DNA of 64,000 nucleotides from Actinomycetes bacterium (GTDB lineage: Bacteria > Actinomycetota > Thermoleophilia > BMS3ABIN01). Position 1 is the stretch's first letter. Every line of letters starts with the position of its first letter. The notes below the pieces were generated by a model. It was not told where the DNA came from, made no database searches, and worked only from the letters and a program-made list of their open reading frames with translations. The stretch covers positions 80,245 through 144,244 of the forward strand of contig JAJYXB010000022.1 in NCBI GenBank assembly GCA_021791195.1, written 5' to 3'. Position numbers and translations under genes: made by a program. Shown here piece by piece: positions 10,013 to 19,630 of the stretch.

Positions 10013-11358
10013 GCGTGCTCGACACAGCCAGGAAGGCGCTCGGGGTTGCCGCCGCCACCGGCGTCGAACAGTCTGAGGCTTTTGCGCAGCTGGGCCGCTC
10101 GCTGCGGGTCAAGGTCTACCGCCAGGAGGTCGAGGAGCTGGTCAGCTCGACCGGCAGCGGCGTGGGCATCCGCGTGTTTTCGGGCGGATCGGTCGGTTAC
10201 GCCTACACGTCTGATCTTTCCGACCAGAGTTTGAAGGCGGCCGCCCAGGCGGCGGCGGACGCGATGTCGGTGACGGCGCCGGACGAGTTCGCCGGGCTGC
10301 CGGAGCCGGCGGGTGAATTTTCGCCGCTGGAGCTTTACTCCCCGGAGCTGGCCGCGCTGCCGGTGGCAGACAAGATCGCCTTCGCGATGCGGGTGGAAAA
10401 GGCGGCGCTCGGCAGCGACAGCCGCATCAGCCAGGTGGAGTCCGCCACCTATTCCGAAGGCGACAGCCATATCGCGCTCGCGAATTCGCTCGGGTTCGAA
10501 CATCAATTCTCGGAGACCAGCTGCTACAGCTTCCTGCAGGCGATCGCCGAGCAGGACGGCCAGATGCAGACAGGCATCTCGTTCACCACAGGCAGGAATC
10601 TTGAGCAAATGGATGCGGAGGCCACCGGACGCGAAGCGGCCTGGCGCGCGCTGTCGCTGCTGGGGGCCGGGCAGTGCGCCAGCATGAGCTGCCCCGTGGT
10701 GATGGATCCCTTCGTCACCGCCAGCGTCATCGGCGCCATCGGCTCAGTGCTCACCGGCGAAGCCGTGCAGAAGAAGCGGTCGATGTTTGCCGGGCGGGAG
10801 GGCCAGCGGGTCGCCGGCGCGCTGGTGAATCTGCTGGATGACGGCATCCATCCGGACGGCCTGGCGACGGCGCCGTTCGACGGCGAGGGCGTGCCTACCC
10901 GGCAGACCGGATTGATAAAAAACGGCGAATTGCAGGCATTTTTATATGACACATATTCAGGCAGAAAGGACGGACGGACGTCCACTGGCAACGGCGCCCG
11001 CGGTTCCTACCGTTCCCAGCCGCGCGTAAGCCCGACCAACCTGCGCCTGCTGGGCGGCAGCGTCTCACCCGAGCAGATGCTGGCCGGCGTCGACCTGGGT
11101 TTCTATGTCATGGACGTAACGGGGATGCATTCAGGCGTCAACCCCGTCTCCGGCGATTTCTCTGTCGGCGCCACCGGCCGGTTGATACGAAGTGGAAGCC
11201 TGGCAGAGCCGGTGCGCGAGGTGACCATCGCCGGCAACCTGCTGGACATGCTGGACACTATCAAAAAAATAGGAAATGACAACCGCTGGGTACCGTTCGG
11301 CGGCAGCATCCACGCGCCATCGATCATGATCGGCCAGATGACCGTGAGCGGAAAATAA
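10009..11358 (+). CDS. pmbA: PmbA/TldE family protein
   Basis: ATGA overlap with tldD; FDGEGVP, STGNG, GDFS, TIAGN; lacks HExxH. Confidence 0.9.
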   Translation: MSVLDTARKALGVAAATGVEQSEAFAQLGRSLRVKVYRQEVEELVSSTGSGVGIRVFSGGSVGYAYTSDLSDQSLKAAAQAAADAMSVTAPDEFAGLPEPAGEFSPLELYSPELAALPVADKIAFAMRVEKAALGSDSRISQVESATYSEGDSHIALANSLGFEHQFSETSCYSFLQAIAEQDGQMQTGISFTTGRNLEQMDAEATGREAAWRALSLLGAGQCASMSCPVVMDPFVTASVIGAIGSVLTGEAVQKKRSMFAGREGQRVAGALVNLLDDGIHPDGLATAPFDGEGVPTRQTGLIKNGELQAFLYDTYSGRKDGRTSTGNGARGSYRSQPRVSPTNLRLLGGSVSPEQMLAGVDLGFYVMDVTGMHSGVNPVSGDFSVGATGRLIRSGSLAEPVREVTIAGNLLDMLDTIKKIGNDNRWVPFGGSIHAPSIMIGQMTVSGK

Positions 11359-11448
11359 AACCGCTGAAATTGGCTTGTAAAGGCCAAATCCATCTGATAG
11401 TGTCGGTAACCGCCAGCTTCTAAAAACCTTAATACAGGAGGCATGGAA

Positions 11449-11721
11449 GTGGGAAAGTCCGAATTCGTTAGTGCAGTTGCCGACAAGGCAAATCTTAACA
11501 AGACGCAGGCAGCCGCTGCGGTCGATGCGTTCATCGACACGGTGATGGCATCGCTGAAGAAAGGCGACGAGGTCCAGTTCACCGGCTTCGGGAAATTCAG
11601 CGTTCAGAAGCGTGCCGCCCGTGAAGGCATCAATCCGCAGACGAAGCAGAAGATCAAGATCGCTGCCAGCAAAGTGCCGAAGTTCAGCGCCGGCAGCCAG
11701 CTCAAAGCGGCGGTAAAATAG
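11449..11721 (+). CDS. hup: DNA-binding protein HU
   Basis: GFGKF, AREGINPQT, VPKFSAG; AGGAGG SD 7 nt before GTG 11449. Confidence 0.95.
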   Translation: MGKSEFVSAVADKANLNKTQAAAAVDAFIDTVMASLKKGDEVQFTGFGKFSVQKRAAREGINPQTKQKIKIAASKVPKFSAGSQLKAAVK

Positions 11722-11769
11722 CAGCAGTTGCGCGGGGCGGCGCATTGCCGCCTGAAATCAATCGCGTAC

Positions 11770-11802
11770 AAGCCGTGGAAGCATTGCTTCCGCGGCTTTT
11801 TT
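11770..11802 (+). terminator. intrinsic terminator after hup
   Basis: aagccgtggaagc/gcttccgcggctt stem followed by a T-run. Confidence 0.8.
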
Positions 11803-12029
11803 CATGGTGCGCAGCGCGCCCGTAATGCAGGAAAACGGCGGCCGGCGGCCAATTATCGCAAGTAAGCGTTGCTTTAACGGTCTTCAACAGGTTAGGAGAA
11901 CCGATCAAGGCAATTCCTGGTTTCGCCGCAGGCCGGACAGGCACCGCCGGCCCCGGGTTCGCCGGCTTCCGTGGCCGGAATCAGACCCGCGCCCGCGAGC
12001 GGGAGGACGGGCCGCGCGGCCTTCGTCTG

Positions 12030-12470
12030 GTGCGGATATCGACCCGGCAAAAGCTGACCCTGGAAGCGCCTCTCCTCGGCCTCCTGCTGATTGTTTTTTC
12101 GATCTCCGCGCTGGTGGCGCCCAACATGCACCTGCGGGTTGGCGATGTCGATCTGCCTTCGGTCGTCCTTTGTCCGTTCTTCGCCATCACCGGTATCCCC
12201 TGCCTCTTTTGCGGGATTACCCGCTCGTTCCTGGCCATGGGGCGCTTTGACTTCGTCTCCGCCTTCGTCTTCCATCCACTGGGTCCGGCGATTTTTCTGG
12301 CGCTGATAGCCGTGGCGCTGGTGATGGCAGTCACCCTGGCTACCGGCTGGCGCGTCCGGCTGGGCCTGTTGCCGGCGCTCCGGCACCAGCTGGTCCGCTG
12401 GGTGATATGCATCCTTGTTCTCGCCTGGCCGCTGAAGCTGGCGATCTGGTCGCACACCGGCCTGCTGTAG
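12030..12470 (+). CDS. DUF2752 domain membrane protein
   Basis: CPFFAITGIPCLFCGITRS...AFVFHPL signature. Confidence 0.8.
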   Translation: MRISTRQKLTLEAPLLGLLLIVFSISALVAPNMHLRVGDVDLPSVVLCPFFAITGIPCLFCGITRSFLAMGRFDFVSAFVFHPLGPAIFLALIAVALVMAVTLATGWRVRLGLLPALRHQLVRWVICILVLAWPLKLAIWSHTGLL

Positions 12471-12505
12471 ACAACATCACCGCTTTTTGACATAAGGAGG
12501 AGTCG

Positions 12506-13153
12506 ATGACGAGTGTTCCAGCGCTTCAGGCGGACATGAACCTGAGGACGGCGACTGACTGGCAGCAGAATTTCTGGCCGGTGTTCTTCCTCTCCCTGAT
12601 CACCTGCGGCATTTACGGCATCTACGTGCTCTACAAGATGCTCGACCGCCGCCAGCAGCATTTCGAGCGCATGGTCAACCTGCGCCAGCACCTCATCGGC
12701 GTGCTGAAAGAAAAGGCTGAGGCAGCCGGCAGGAGCGCAGAACTGGAGCAGGACCTCTCGCAGCTGGAGGGGATCCACATGGAGGCCACCGCCCGCGACC
12801 GCGCCGGCGAGAAATCGCCCGCGCTCTGGCTGGTGCTGAGCATCGTGGTCGGCATCGTCGTCTATTACGTCTACTACTTCCTCAACGATGATTTTCGCGC
12901 CCATGAATCAAACGAGCAGCGCTTCATGGCGCGGGCCAGCGAGATCATGGCCACGCTGGGGATGCCCGACCAGCCGATCCTCATGGATACGGTGGTGCCG
13001 GAGCGGAATTTCATCGTTTATATCCTGCTGACCCTGGTGACCTGCGGCATCTACGGCATCTACTGGATGTATACCGTCCTCACCGATCCCAACAGGCATT
13101 TTCAGCAGCATGAGGTCTGGGAGGCCCGTCTGGCCGCGGCCGTCACGGTGTAG
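12506..13153 (+). CDS. DUF4234 domain membrane protein
   Basis: Two copies of L(I/V)TCGIYGIY; AAGGAGGAG SD. Confidence 0.78.
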   Translation: MTSVPALQADMNLRTATDWQQNFWPVFFLSLITCGIYGIYVLYKMLDRRQQHFERMVNLRQHLIGVLKEKAEAAGRSAELEQDLSQLEGIHMEATARDRAGEKSPALWLVLSIVVGIVVYYVYYFLNDDFRAHESNEQRFMARASEIMATLGMPDQPILMDTVVPERNFIVYILLTLVTCGIYGIYWMYTVLTDPNRHFQQHEVWEARLAAAVTV

Positions 13154-13191
13154 ATCGTGCGGAGCCGGAACTTCGATGCCAGGGCAATGAC

Positions 13192-13593
13192 ATGACCGAC
13201 TGCATTTATCATCCCGGAGTGGAAGCCGTCGGCGAGTGCGCCAACTGCGGCAAGCCTTTCTGCGCGCAGGATGTGACCCAGACCGCTGAGGGCCGCTATT
13301 TCTGCCGCGTGTGCGCCTCGCAGATCTGCGCCGCTCCCGGGCAGGGGCCGGGCGCGCTGGCGATCATCTCGCTGGCCCTGTCGGCGGCCAGCTTTCTGTT
13401 CTGCCTGATCACGGCGATCCCCGGCATGATCACCGGTTATATCGAGCTGGCGAACATCAAGCGGGGGCAGTCGCCGCCGGAAGGGCGGGGGTTTGCCATC
13501 GCCGGCGCTGTGATCGGCACGGTGGTGACGGCGCTGATGAGCGCGTTCATCGCGCTGATGATCATCCTGGCGATCGCCGGGGTGATCAAATAG
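13192..13593 (+). CDS. B-box-like zinc finger + DUF4190 membrane protein
   Basis: CxxHP..CxxC..C..CxxC N-terminus; ALAIISL..GRGFAIAG helix pair. Confidence 0.75.
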   Translation: MTDCIYHPGVEAVGECANCGKPFCAQDVTQTAEGRYFCRVCASQICAAPGQGPGALAIISLALSAASFLFCLITAIPGMITGYIELANIKRGQSPPEGRGFAIAGAVIGTVVTALMSAFIALMIILAIAGVIK

Positions 13594-13701
13594 GGCCATG
13601 CAGGCGCGACCGGTCAATTCAGCTGCGGGGGAGACGCAAGTGCGCCGGCTAATCCAGATGCGCGGCGGCGTCACCGGGAATGAGACGGCTGGCGAAAGCC
13701 G

Positions 13702-14094
13702 GTGAAATGCTTCAACCATCCCGATAAGGAGGCGGCGGGAGTCTGCGCCGTTTGCGGCCAGCCTTTCTGCCATGCCTGCGCCGTGGAGTTCTCCGACGGC
13801 TCGCTTTTCTGCCGTCCCGACGCCGCCTGCGGGCAGGCACTGGTGAAGTCAGGACCCAGCACCCTGGCTATCCTGGCCCTGGTGCTGGCCATCGCCGGCA
13901 TCACCAATTGTGTCACCGGCGTCGCGGGCGTGATCCTTGGCTTTATCGAGCTGGACAAGATCAAGAAGAAGCAGTCGCCGCCGGAGGGCAGGAAATTCGC
14001 CCGGGCGGCGGTCATCGTCGGGATCGCCACCGTGGTGCTGTTTGCGCTGCTGGAAATCGTCTACTTCCTTGTTTTCGCCAGATCCAGGTTGTAG
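13702..14094 (+). CDS. B-box-like zinc finger + DUF4190 membrane protein (tandem paralog)
   Basis: CFNHP..CAVC..CHAC; shares IELxxIKxxQSPPEGR with the upstream gene. Confidence 0.75.
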   Translation: MKCFNHPDKEAAGVCAVCGQPFCHACAVEFSDGSLFCRPDAACGQALVKSGPSTLAILALVLAIAGITNCVTGVAGVILGFIELDKIKKKQSPPEGRKFARAAVIVGIATVVLFALLEIVYFLVFARSRL

Positions 14095-14143
14095 TGCCGG
14101 GAGCGGTCTTTTCGGAAAATGATTCTGTGCTAGAATCACCAGC

Positions 14144-14839
14144 GTGAGCGACGATCTTTTAACTACATATCAGCTGGCGCCGTCCATCCTCTCCGCTGAT
14201 TTCGGACAGCTCGAGAACCAGATCGGGCTGGTGATGGACGCCGGCGTGCGTGTCATCCATGTCGATGTGATGGACGGACACTTCGTCCCCAACATCACCA
14301 TCGGACCGGTGGTGGTGCAGCACATCCGCGACCAGGTGCATGAAGGCGGCGGGGCGCTGGACGTCCATCTGATGATCGAGAATCCGGAACGGTACATCGA
14401 TGCCTTCGCCGCCGCGGGCTCCGACTGGATCAACGTCCATGCGGAGGCCTGCACGCATCTGAACGCGGTGCTGGCCCAGATCCGCGCCGCGGGCTGCAAG
14501 GCCGGCGTCACCATCAACCCGGCGACGCCGCTGGCGACCATCCAGGAAGTCACCGGCGACATCGATTTTGCGCTGATGATGACGGTCAATCCCGGTTTCA
14601 GCGGCCAGCAGTTCATCGCTTCGGTGCTGCCCAAGATCAGGCGCGCGCGCATGCTGCTGCCCGAGGGCGCCGGACTCCAGGTCGACGGCGGCGTGGGGCC
14701 GGACACGATCGAGGCCGCGCTTGACACTGGCGCCAACCTGTTCGTCGCCGGCTCCGCCGTCTTCGGAGCGGCCGATCCGGCAGCCGCCGCCCGCGGGCTG
14801 ATCGACGCCATGGCCTGCAGGCTGGACTCGCAGCCGTAG
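14144..14839 (+). CDS. rpe: ribulose-phosphate 3-epimerase
   Basis: APSILSADF, HVDVMDGHFVPN, DVHLM, VNPGF, VDGG. Confidence 0.96.
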   Translation: MSDDLLTTYQLAPSILSADFGQLENQIGLVMDAGVRVIHVDVMDGHFVPNITIGPVVVQHIRDQVHEGGGALDVHLMIENPERYIDAFAAAGSDWINVHAEACTHLNAVLAQIRAAGCKAGVTINPATPLATIQEVTGDIDFALMMTVNPGFSGQQFIASVLPKIRRARMLLPEGAGLQVDGGVGPDTIEAALDTGANLFVAGSAVFGAADPAAAARGLIDAMACRLDSQP

Positions 14840-14958
14840 CTGTGCCGGCGGCTCGCGCTGCCACTCGCGAAAAAAATATGCCGCGAACTATGAACCCGCG
14901 AATGTTTTTGTTATCATTTTCACGAACGACCTAATTTAATAGCTGTACTTTGCAGCAA

Positions 14959-15073
14959 TATCTTCGGGGCGGGGTGGAATTCCCCACCGGCGGTCAAAGC
15001 CCGCGACCCTCGTCAAGAGGTTGATCAGGTGAAATTCCTGGGCCGACAGTCAAAGTCTGGATGGGAGAAGATA
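14959..15073 (+). ncRNA. FMN riboswitch (RFN element)
   Basis: tcttcggggcggggtggaattccccaccggcggt..agcccgcga..gccgacagt..agtctggatgggagaaga matches the RFN consensus; directly upstream of ribD. Confidence 0.96.
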
Positions 15074-15096
15074 TAAGCTCGAATGAGCTTGTGACG

Positions 15097-15127
15097 CCCT
15101 GGGATAGACGCTGCCCGGGGTTTTTTT
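15097..15127 (+). terminator. riboswitch expression-platform terminator
   Basis: ccctggg/cccgggg stem plus 7 T between the aptamer and the ribD start. Confidence 0.75.
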
Positions 15128-15132
15128 ATTCC

Positions 15133-16254
15133 ATGATTTCGGGGACAGACATCAGTTTCATGCAGCGGGCGCTGGACCTGGCCGATCTGGCCAGGGGCAG
15201 GACCAGCCCCAATCCCACCGTGGGCGCCGTTATCGTCAGGGATGATGACGTCATCGGCGAGGGCTATCACCGGCGCGCCGGCGCCGATCATGCCGAAGTG
15301 GCCGCGATCAGGTCGGCGGCGGGAGGCGTCGAAGGGGCCACCATTTACGTCACGCTCGAACCCTGCTGTCATACAGGCCGGACGGGTCCGTGCACGGAAG
15401 CTCTGATCAAGGCCGGCATCGCTCGGGTGCTGATCGCTTCGCTGGACCCGTCGGCGAAGGTGAATGGCAAAGGGCTCAGGCAGCTGCGCGACGCCGGCAT
15501 CGAGGTAGAGGTGCTGGACGGCGCCGTTGCGGCGCGGGCCAGGGCCCAGAACGAGGCTTTCCGCAAGCATGCCGTCACCGGGCTGCCGTTCGTCCTCTTC
15601 AAGAGCGCCATGAGCCTCGACGGCAAGATCGCTACCGCGACAGGTGATTCACGCTGGATCTCGGGCGAGGAAAGCCGCGCCGTGGTGCACGCGCTCCGGG
15701 CCGAGATGGATGCCATCGCCGTGGGCTGCGGCACCGCCGCCATCGATGATCCGATGCTGAACTGCCGGCTGCCGGGCGACTACCTGCAGCCGCTGAGGAT
15801 TGTTTTTGACTCGCAGGCCAATCTGGATCCCCGGAGCAAGCTGGTGCAGACCGCGAACGATTTCCGGACCCTGGTATTTACCGCCGGCAATGCGCCGGAC
15901 GAGCGGGTGGCGGCGCTCGAGCGGGCCGGCGTGGAGGTCAGCCGGACCGGCGGTGAAGGCCGGGTGGACGTGGGCGAGGCCCTCGCGCATCTGGGATCGA
16001 TGGATCCACCGGTGATGAGCGTGCTGCTGGAGGGCGGGCCCACGCTGGCCGCGTCGTTTGTCGAAGCCGGCTTAATCGACAAGGTGATGATGTTCGTCGC
16101 CCCCAAGCTGATCGGCGGCGAGTCGGCCAAGACGCCGGTCGAGGGCCGGGGTTTTCGCCTCGTGGGCGAAGCGGTTCCGCTCAAGCGCCTGTCGCACGTG
16201 TCGATTGGTGAGGATGTGCTGATCACCGCTTACACTTCAGAGGATGAGTGGTGA
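15133..16254 (+). CDS. ribD: riboflavin biosynthesis deaminase/reductase
   Basis: PNPTVG, HAE, LEPCCH..PC, SLDGKIA, EGG. Confidence 0.95.
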   Translation: MISGTDISFMQRALDLADLARGRTSPNPTVGAVIVRDDDVIGEGYHRRAGADHAEVAAIRSAAGGVEGATIYVTLEPCCHTGRTGPCTEALIKAGIARVLIASLDPSAKVNGKGLRQLRDAGIEVEVLDGAVAARARAQNEAFRKHAVTGLPFVLFKSAMSLDGKIATATGDSRWISGEESRAVVHALRAEMDAIAVGCGTAAIDDPMLNCRLPGDYLQPLRIVFDSQANLDPRSKLVQTANDFRTLVFTAGNAPDERVAALERAGVEVSRTGGEGRVDVGEALAHLGSMDPPVMSVLLEGGPTLAASFVEAGLIDKVMMFVAPKLIGGESAKTPVEGRGFRLVGEAVPLKRLSHVSIGEDVLITAYTSEDEW

Positions 16255-16343
16255 TGCGGCCCGCGGGCGGCGGCCGCGATCTAATGGAAGACTTTGACTG
16301 TCATGAAAAATGAACGGCACGGTAATTTGAGAGGGAACGAAAT

Positions 16344-16997
16344 ATGTTTACCGGAATAGTCGAAGAACTGGGAAAGCTGGTAAGCCTGGAGATGGGCGCC
16401 GACAGCGGCGTCATCACCATCGAGGCCGATAAGGTGCTGGAGGGCACGCGGCTGGGCGATTCCATCGCCGTCAATGGCGTCTGCCTGACGGCGCGCGCGT
16501 TCGGCAACGGCACTTTTGCCGCCGACGTGATGCCCGAGACGCTTAGAAAGAGCAACCTGGGCAACCTTAAACGTGGCAATCTTGTCAACCTGGAGCGGGC
16601 GATGACGCTCGGCGGGCGCCTGGGCGGCCACCTGATGCTCGGTCACGTGGATGCCACCGGCAAGGTCGTCTCCGTCCGGCCCGAGGGGACGGCGGTCGTC
16701 TACACGATGTTGGCGCCGGAACAGGTGCGGCGTTACATCCTGCCGCAGGGCTCGATCGGCGTCGACGGCATCAGCCTGACCGTCGCCCGGCTCGAAGGCG
16801 ACAAGTTCAGCGTCTCGCTGATCCCGCACACAGTCAGGCTGACGACGCTGGGCAACAACGGCGTCGGTTACGAGGTCAACCTCGAGGCGGATGTCATCGG
16901 CAAGTATGTGGCGCGCATGCTGGAAGGGAATCTGCCCGGGGGGCACGGCGAGGGCGGGCTGACGATCGAGAAACTGGCCGAAGGAGGATTTTTGTAA
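16344..16997 (+). CDS. ribE: riboflavin synthase
   Basis: MFTGIVEE, NGVCLT, VNLERA, GHVD. Confidence 0.96.
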   Translation: MFTGIVEELGKLVSLEMGADSGVITIEADKVLEGTRLGDSIAVNGVCLTARAFGNGTFAADVMPETLRKSNLGNLKRGNLVNLERAMTLGGRLGGHLMLGHVDATGKVVSVRPEGTAVVYTMLAPEQVRRYILPQGSIGVDGISLTVARLEGDKFSVSLIPHTVRLTTLGNNGVGYEVNLEADVIGKYVARMLEGNLPGGHGEGGLTIEKLAEGGFL

Positions 16998-17112
16998 TGA
17001 GCCGGGCGCGAGGATACCGCTCCGAAAGATATCCATCATCGCTTGACGTCCCTAAAGTTTTTTATGCAAGTAACTGATATGAAGTGTCAATTATTCAGAA
17101 GGAAAGGTAGTC

Positions 17113-18393
17113 ATGTCAGATTCAAACCAACAGCAGGAAGTGAAGGAATCGCCGTTCAGCTCCATCGACGAGGCGATCGCCGACATCCAGGCCGGAAAGA
17201 TCATCGTTGTCTGTGACGACGAGGACCGCGAGAACGAGGGCGACCTGACGATGGCGGCGCAGTTCGCCACGCCGGAGGCGATCAACTTCATGGCCACTCA
17301 TGGCCGCGGCCTCATCTGCCTGGCAATGACGCCGGAGAAGTGCACTGATCTGGATCTGCCGCAGATGGTGCAGAAGAACGAAGCTACCTTCAGCACCGCC
17401 TTCACCGTCTCGATCGAGGCGCGTCACGGGGTGACGACCGGCATCTCGGCGGCCGACCGCGCCCACACGATCCAGACGGCGATCAAGCCCGAAGCGCTGC
17501 CCGTGGACCTGGTGCAGCCGGGCCACGTCTTCCCGCTGCGGGCCAAGCCGGGCGGGGTGCTGGAGCGCACCGGTCAGACGGAGGCCTCGGTCGACCTGGC
17601 CAGGCTGGCCGGCCTGGAGCCCGCCGGCGTCATCTGCGAGATCATGAATGAGGACGGCACCATGGCGCGCGTCCCCGACCTGGTCCCCTACTGCAAGAAG
17701 CACAATCTGAAGATGGTCACCGTTGCCGACCTGATCAAGTACCGGCGCAAGACCGAGAAGCTGGTGCGGCGCGCCGCCGAAGCGCGGCTCCCGACCAGAT
17801 TTGGCGATTTCCGCGCCATCGGCTACGAGAGCCTGCTGGACGGCGAGCAGCACGTGGCGCTGGTCAAGGGCGATGTCGAGGGCGCCGAGAACGTGCTCGT
17901 GCGGGTGCACTCCGAGTGTCTCACCGGCGACGTTTTCGGCTCGATGCGCTGCGACTGCGGCGAGCAGCTTTATCATGCGATGCGCATGATCGAGGAGGAG
18001 GGCAAGGGCGTGCTGCTCTATCTCTCCCAGGAAGGCCGCGGCATCGGCATCCTCAACAAGCTCAAGGCCTACGAGCTGCAGGAGCGCGGCCGCGACACCG
18101 TCGAGGCCAACGAGGAGCTTGGCTTCCCGGCCGACCTGCGTGATTATGGCATCGGCGCCCAGATCCTGGTGGACCTGGGGCTGACCTCAATCCGGCAAAT
18201 GACCAACAACCCGAAGAAGATCAAGGGCCTGGAAGGATATGGGCTTAAAATCGTGGAAAGAGTGCCCATCGAGATGCCGCCGCAGTGCGAAAACGTCGCC
18301 TATCTGGCCACCAAGAAGGCCAAGATGGGGCACATCCTCCATCATCAGGATCTCCGTTATGTGGAGGAGGACCAGGAGGAAGGCCAGGTTTAG
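17113..18393 (+). CDS. ribBA: bifunctional DHBP synthase / GTP cyclohydrolase II
   Basis: [31 protein letters not shown]. Confidence 0.96.
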   Translation: MSDSNQQQEVKESPFSSIDEAIADIQAGKIIVVCDDEDRENEGDLTMAAQFATPEAINFMATHGRGLICLAMTPEKCTDLDLPQMVQKNEATFSTAFTVSIEARHGVTTGISAADRAHTIQTAIKPEALPVDLVQPGHVFPLRAKPGGVLERTGQTEASVDLARLAGLEPAGVICEIMNEDGTMARVPDLVPYCKKHNLKMVTVADLIKYRRKTEKLVRRAAEARLPTRFGDFRAIGYESLLDGEQHVALVKGDVEGAENVLVRVHSECLTGDVFGSMRCDCGEQLYHAMRMIEEEGKGVLLYLSQEGRGIGILNKLKAYELQERGRDTVEANEELGFPADLRDYGIGAQILVDLGLTSIRQMTNNPKKIKGLEGYGLKIVERVPIEMPPQCENVAYLATKKAKMGHILHHQDLRYVEEDQEEGQV

Positions 18394-18468
18394 CAGCCGG
18401 GCCTGAACCGGCGGCGGCCGGTGAGCCGCCGCGCCAGACAACGGAACCGAGACAGAAAGGACCAGTTT

Positions 18469-18942
18469 ATGGCCAGTGAGTTCAAGAGTTACGAGGGAAT
18501 GCTGGACGCCAAGGGGCTGAAGTTCGGCCTGGTAGTGGCGCGTTTTAATGAATTCATCTCCACGCGCCTGCTGGACGGCGCGATCGATTGTCTCGTGCGG
18601 CACGGCGCGGGCAAGAGCGCGATCGAAGTGGCCTGGGTCCCCGGCGCCTTCGAGATCCCGCTGGTGGCGGCGAAGATGGCCGAGAGCGGCAAGTACGACG
18701 CCGTCATCTGCCTGGGCGCGGTCATCCGCGGCGGCACGCCGCACTTTGACTATGTCGCCGCAGAGGTGTCAAAGGGGATCGCCAAGGTTTCGCTTGACAG
18801 CAAGTTACCGGTGGCGATGGGTGTGCTTACCACCGACAGCATCGAGCAGGCGGTCGAGCGCGCCGGCACCAAGGCCGGCAACAAGGGCTGGCAGGCGGCG
18901 GCCGGCGCCATCGAGATGGCCAGCCTGGTGAAGAAGCTCTAG
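18469..18942 (+). CDS. ribH: 6,7-dimethyl-8-ribityllumazine synthase
   Basis: [36 protein letters not shown] before ATG 18469. Confidence 0.96.
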   Translation: MASEFKSYEGMLDAKGLKFGLVVARFNEFISTRLLDGAIDCLVRHGAGKSAIEVAWVPGAFEIPLVAAKMAESGKYDAVICLGAVIRGGTPHFDYVAAEVSKGIAKVSLDSKLPVAMGVLTTDSIEQAVERAGTKAGNKGWQAAAGAIEMASLVKKL

Positions 18943-19011
18943 AACGTCATCAACGTCATTTGGCCCGGCCGCAAACAGCGGCGCCGGGGCCGATCCTGAT
19001 CGGCTGGACCT

Positions 19012-19048
19012 CCGGGCCGGTGGATAGCATTCCGCCGGTCCGGTTTTT
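19012..19048 (+). terminator. intrinsic terminator of the rib operon
   Basis: ccgggccggtgga/tccgccggtccgg stem plus TTTTT. Confidence 0.8.
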
Positions 19049-19327
19049 ATTGCCGCCCGTGGGTCCGCCGGGGCGCGCCAAGCCAGGCGCGTTCATCCCG
19101 GCGGACGGTGGCCATTCCGGCGCCGGGCGTGCGGACCACGGAGTTCGATCTTTCGCGGGGGAAAAGTGAAGCGTTCTACCAGCCCGGCCGCAACGGGGCC
19201 GAAGCGTTCTTTGCGCAGGGGATTTTTCGATGCCTGCAAGGCGCGGCTCCGCCGGGCGAAGCCGGCCTGCCGGCGGATCAGGGAGCTGGCGTCAGGACTC
19301 GGGGCCCAGCCGCCGGGCCAGACCGGG

Positions 19328-19519
19328 TCAGACGGCCTTCTGTACCTTGCCGGCGCTGATGCATTTGGCGCAGACATAGGCGCGCGCCGGGGAGCCGTCC
19401 TTGACGATCCGGATCTTTTGCAGGTTGACGTTGAACCGCCGCCGCGTGGCGCGGTTGGAATGGCTGCGGTTGTTGCCGTATCCCGGCTTCTTGCCGCAAA
19501 CTGTGCAGATTTTTGACAA
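19328..19519 (-). CDS. rpmB: 50S ribosomal protein L28
   Basis: [33 protein letters not shown] start; divergent from recG. Confidence 0.93.
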   Translation of the reverse strand: MSKICTVCGKKPGYGNNRSHSNRATRRRFNVNLQKIRIVKDGSPARAYVCAKCISAGKVQKAV

Positions 19520-19589
19520 TTGGATCAGATCCTTGGTTTTGCCGGCCGCAGCGTCAGGCCGGAGTTTCTTGCTTTTCACACAAGGCGTA

Positions 19590-19618
19590 ATTATGCTATA
19601 GCCGCTTCTTAAATGCAA
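19590..19618 (-). promoter_or_regulatory. sigma70-type promoter for rpmB
   Basis: TTGCAT-N17-CATAAT on the minus strand. Confidence 0.55.
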
Positions 19619-19630
19619 GAAGGAGAGGCC

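Noticed and set aside
15061..15132. Longer ribD start at 15061
   Set aside because: Falls inside the FMN aptamer and crosses its terminator.
19050..19327. GC-rich hairpins between the rib terminator and rpmB
   Set aside because: No promoter or recognisable RNA motif; expected by chance at this GC content.
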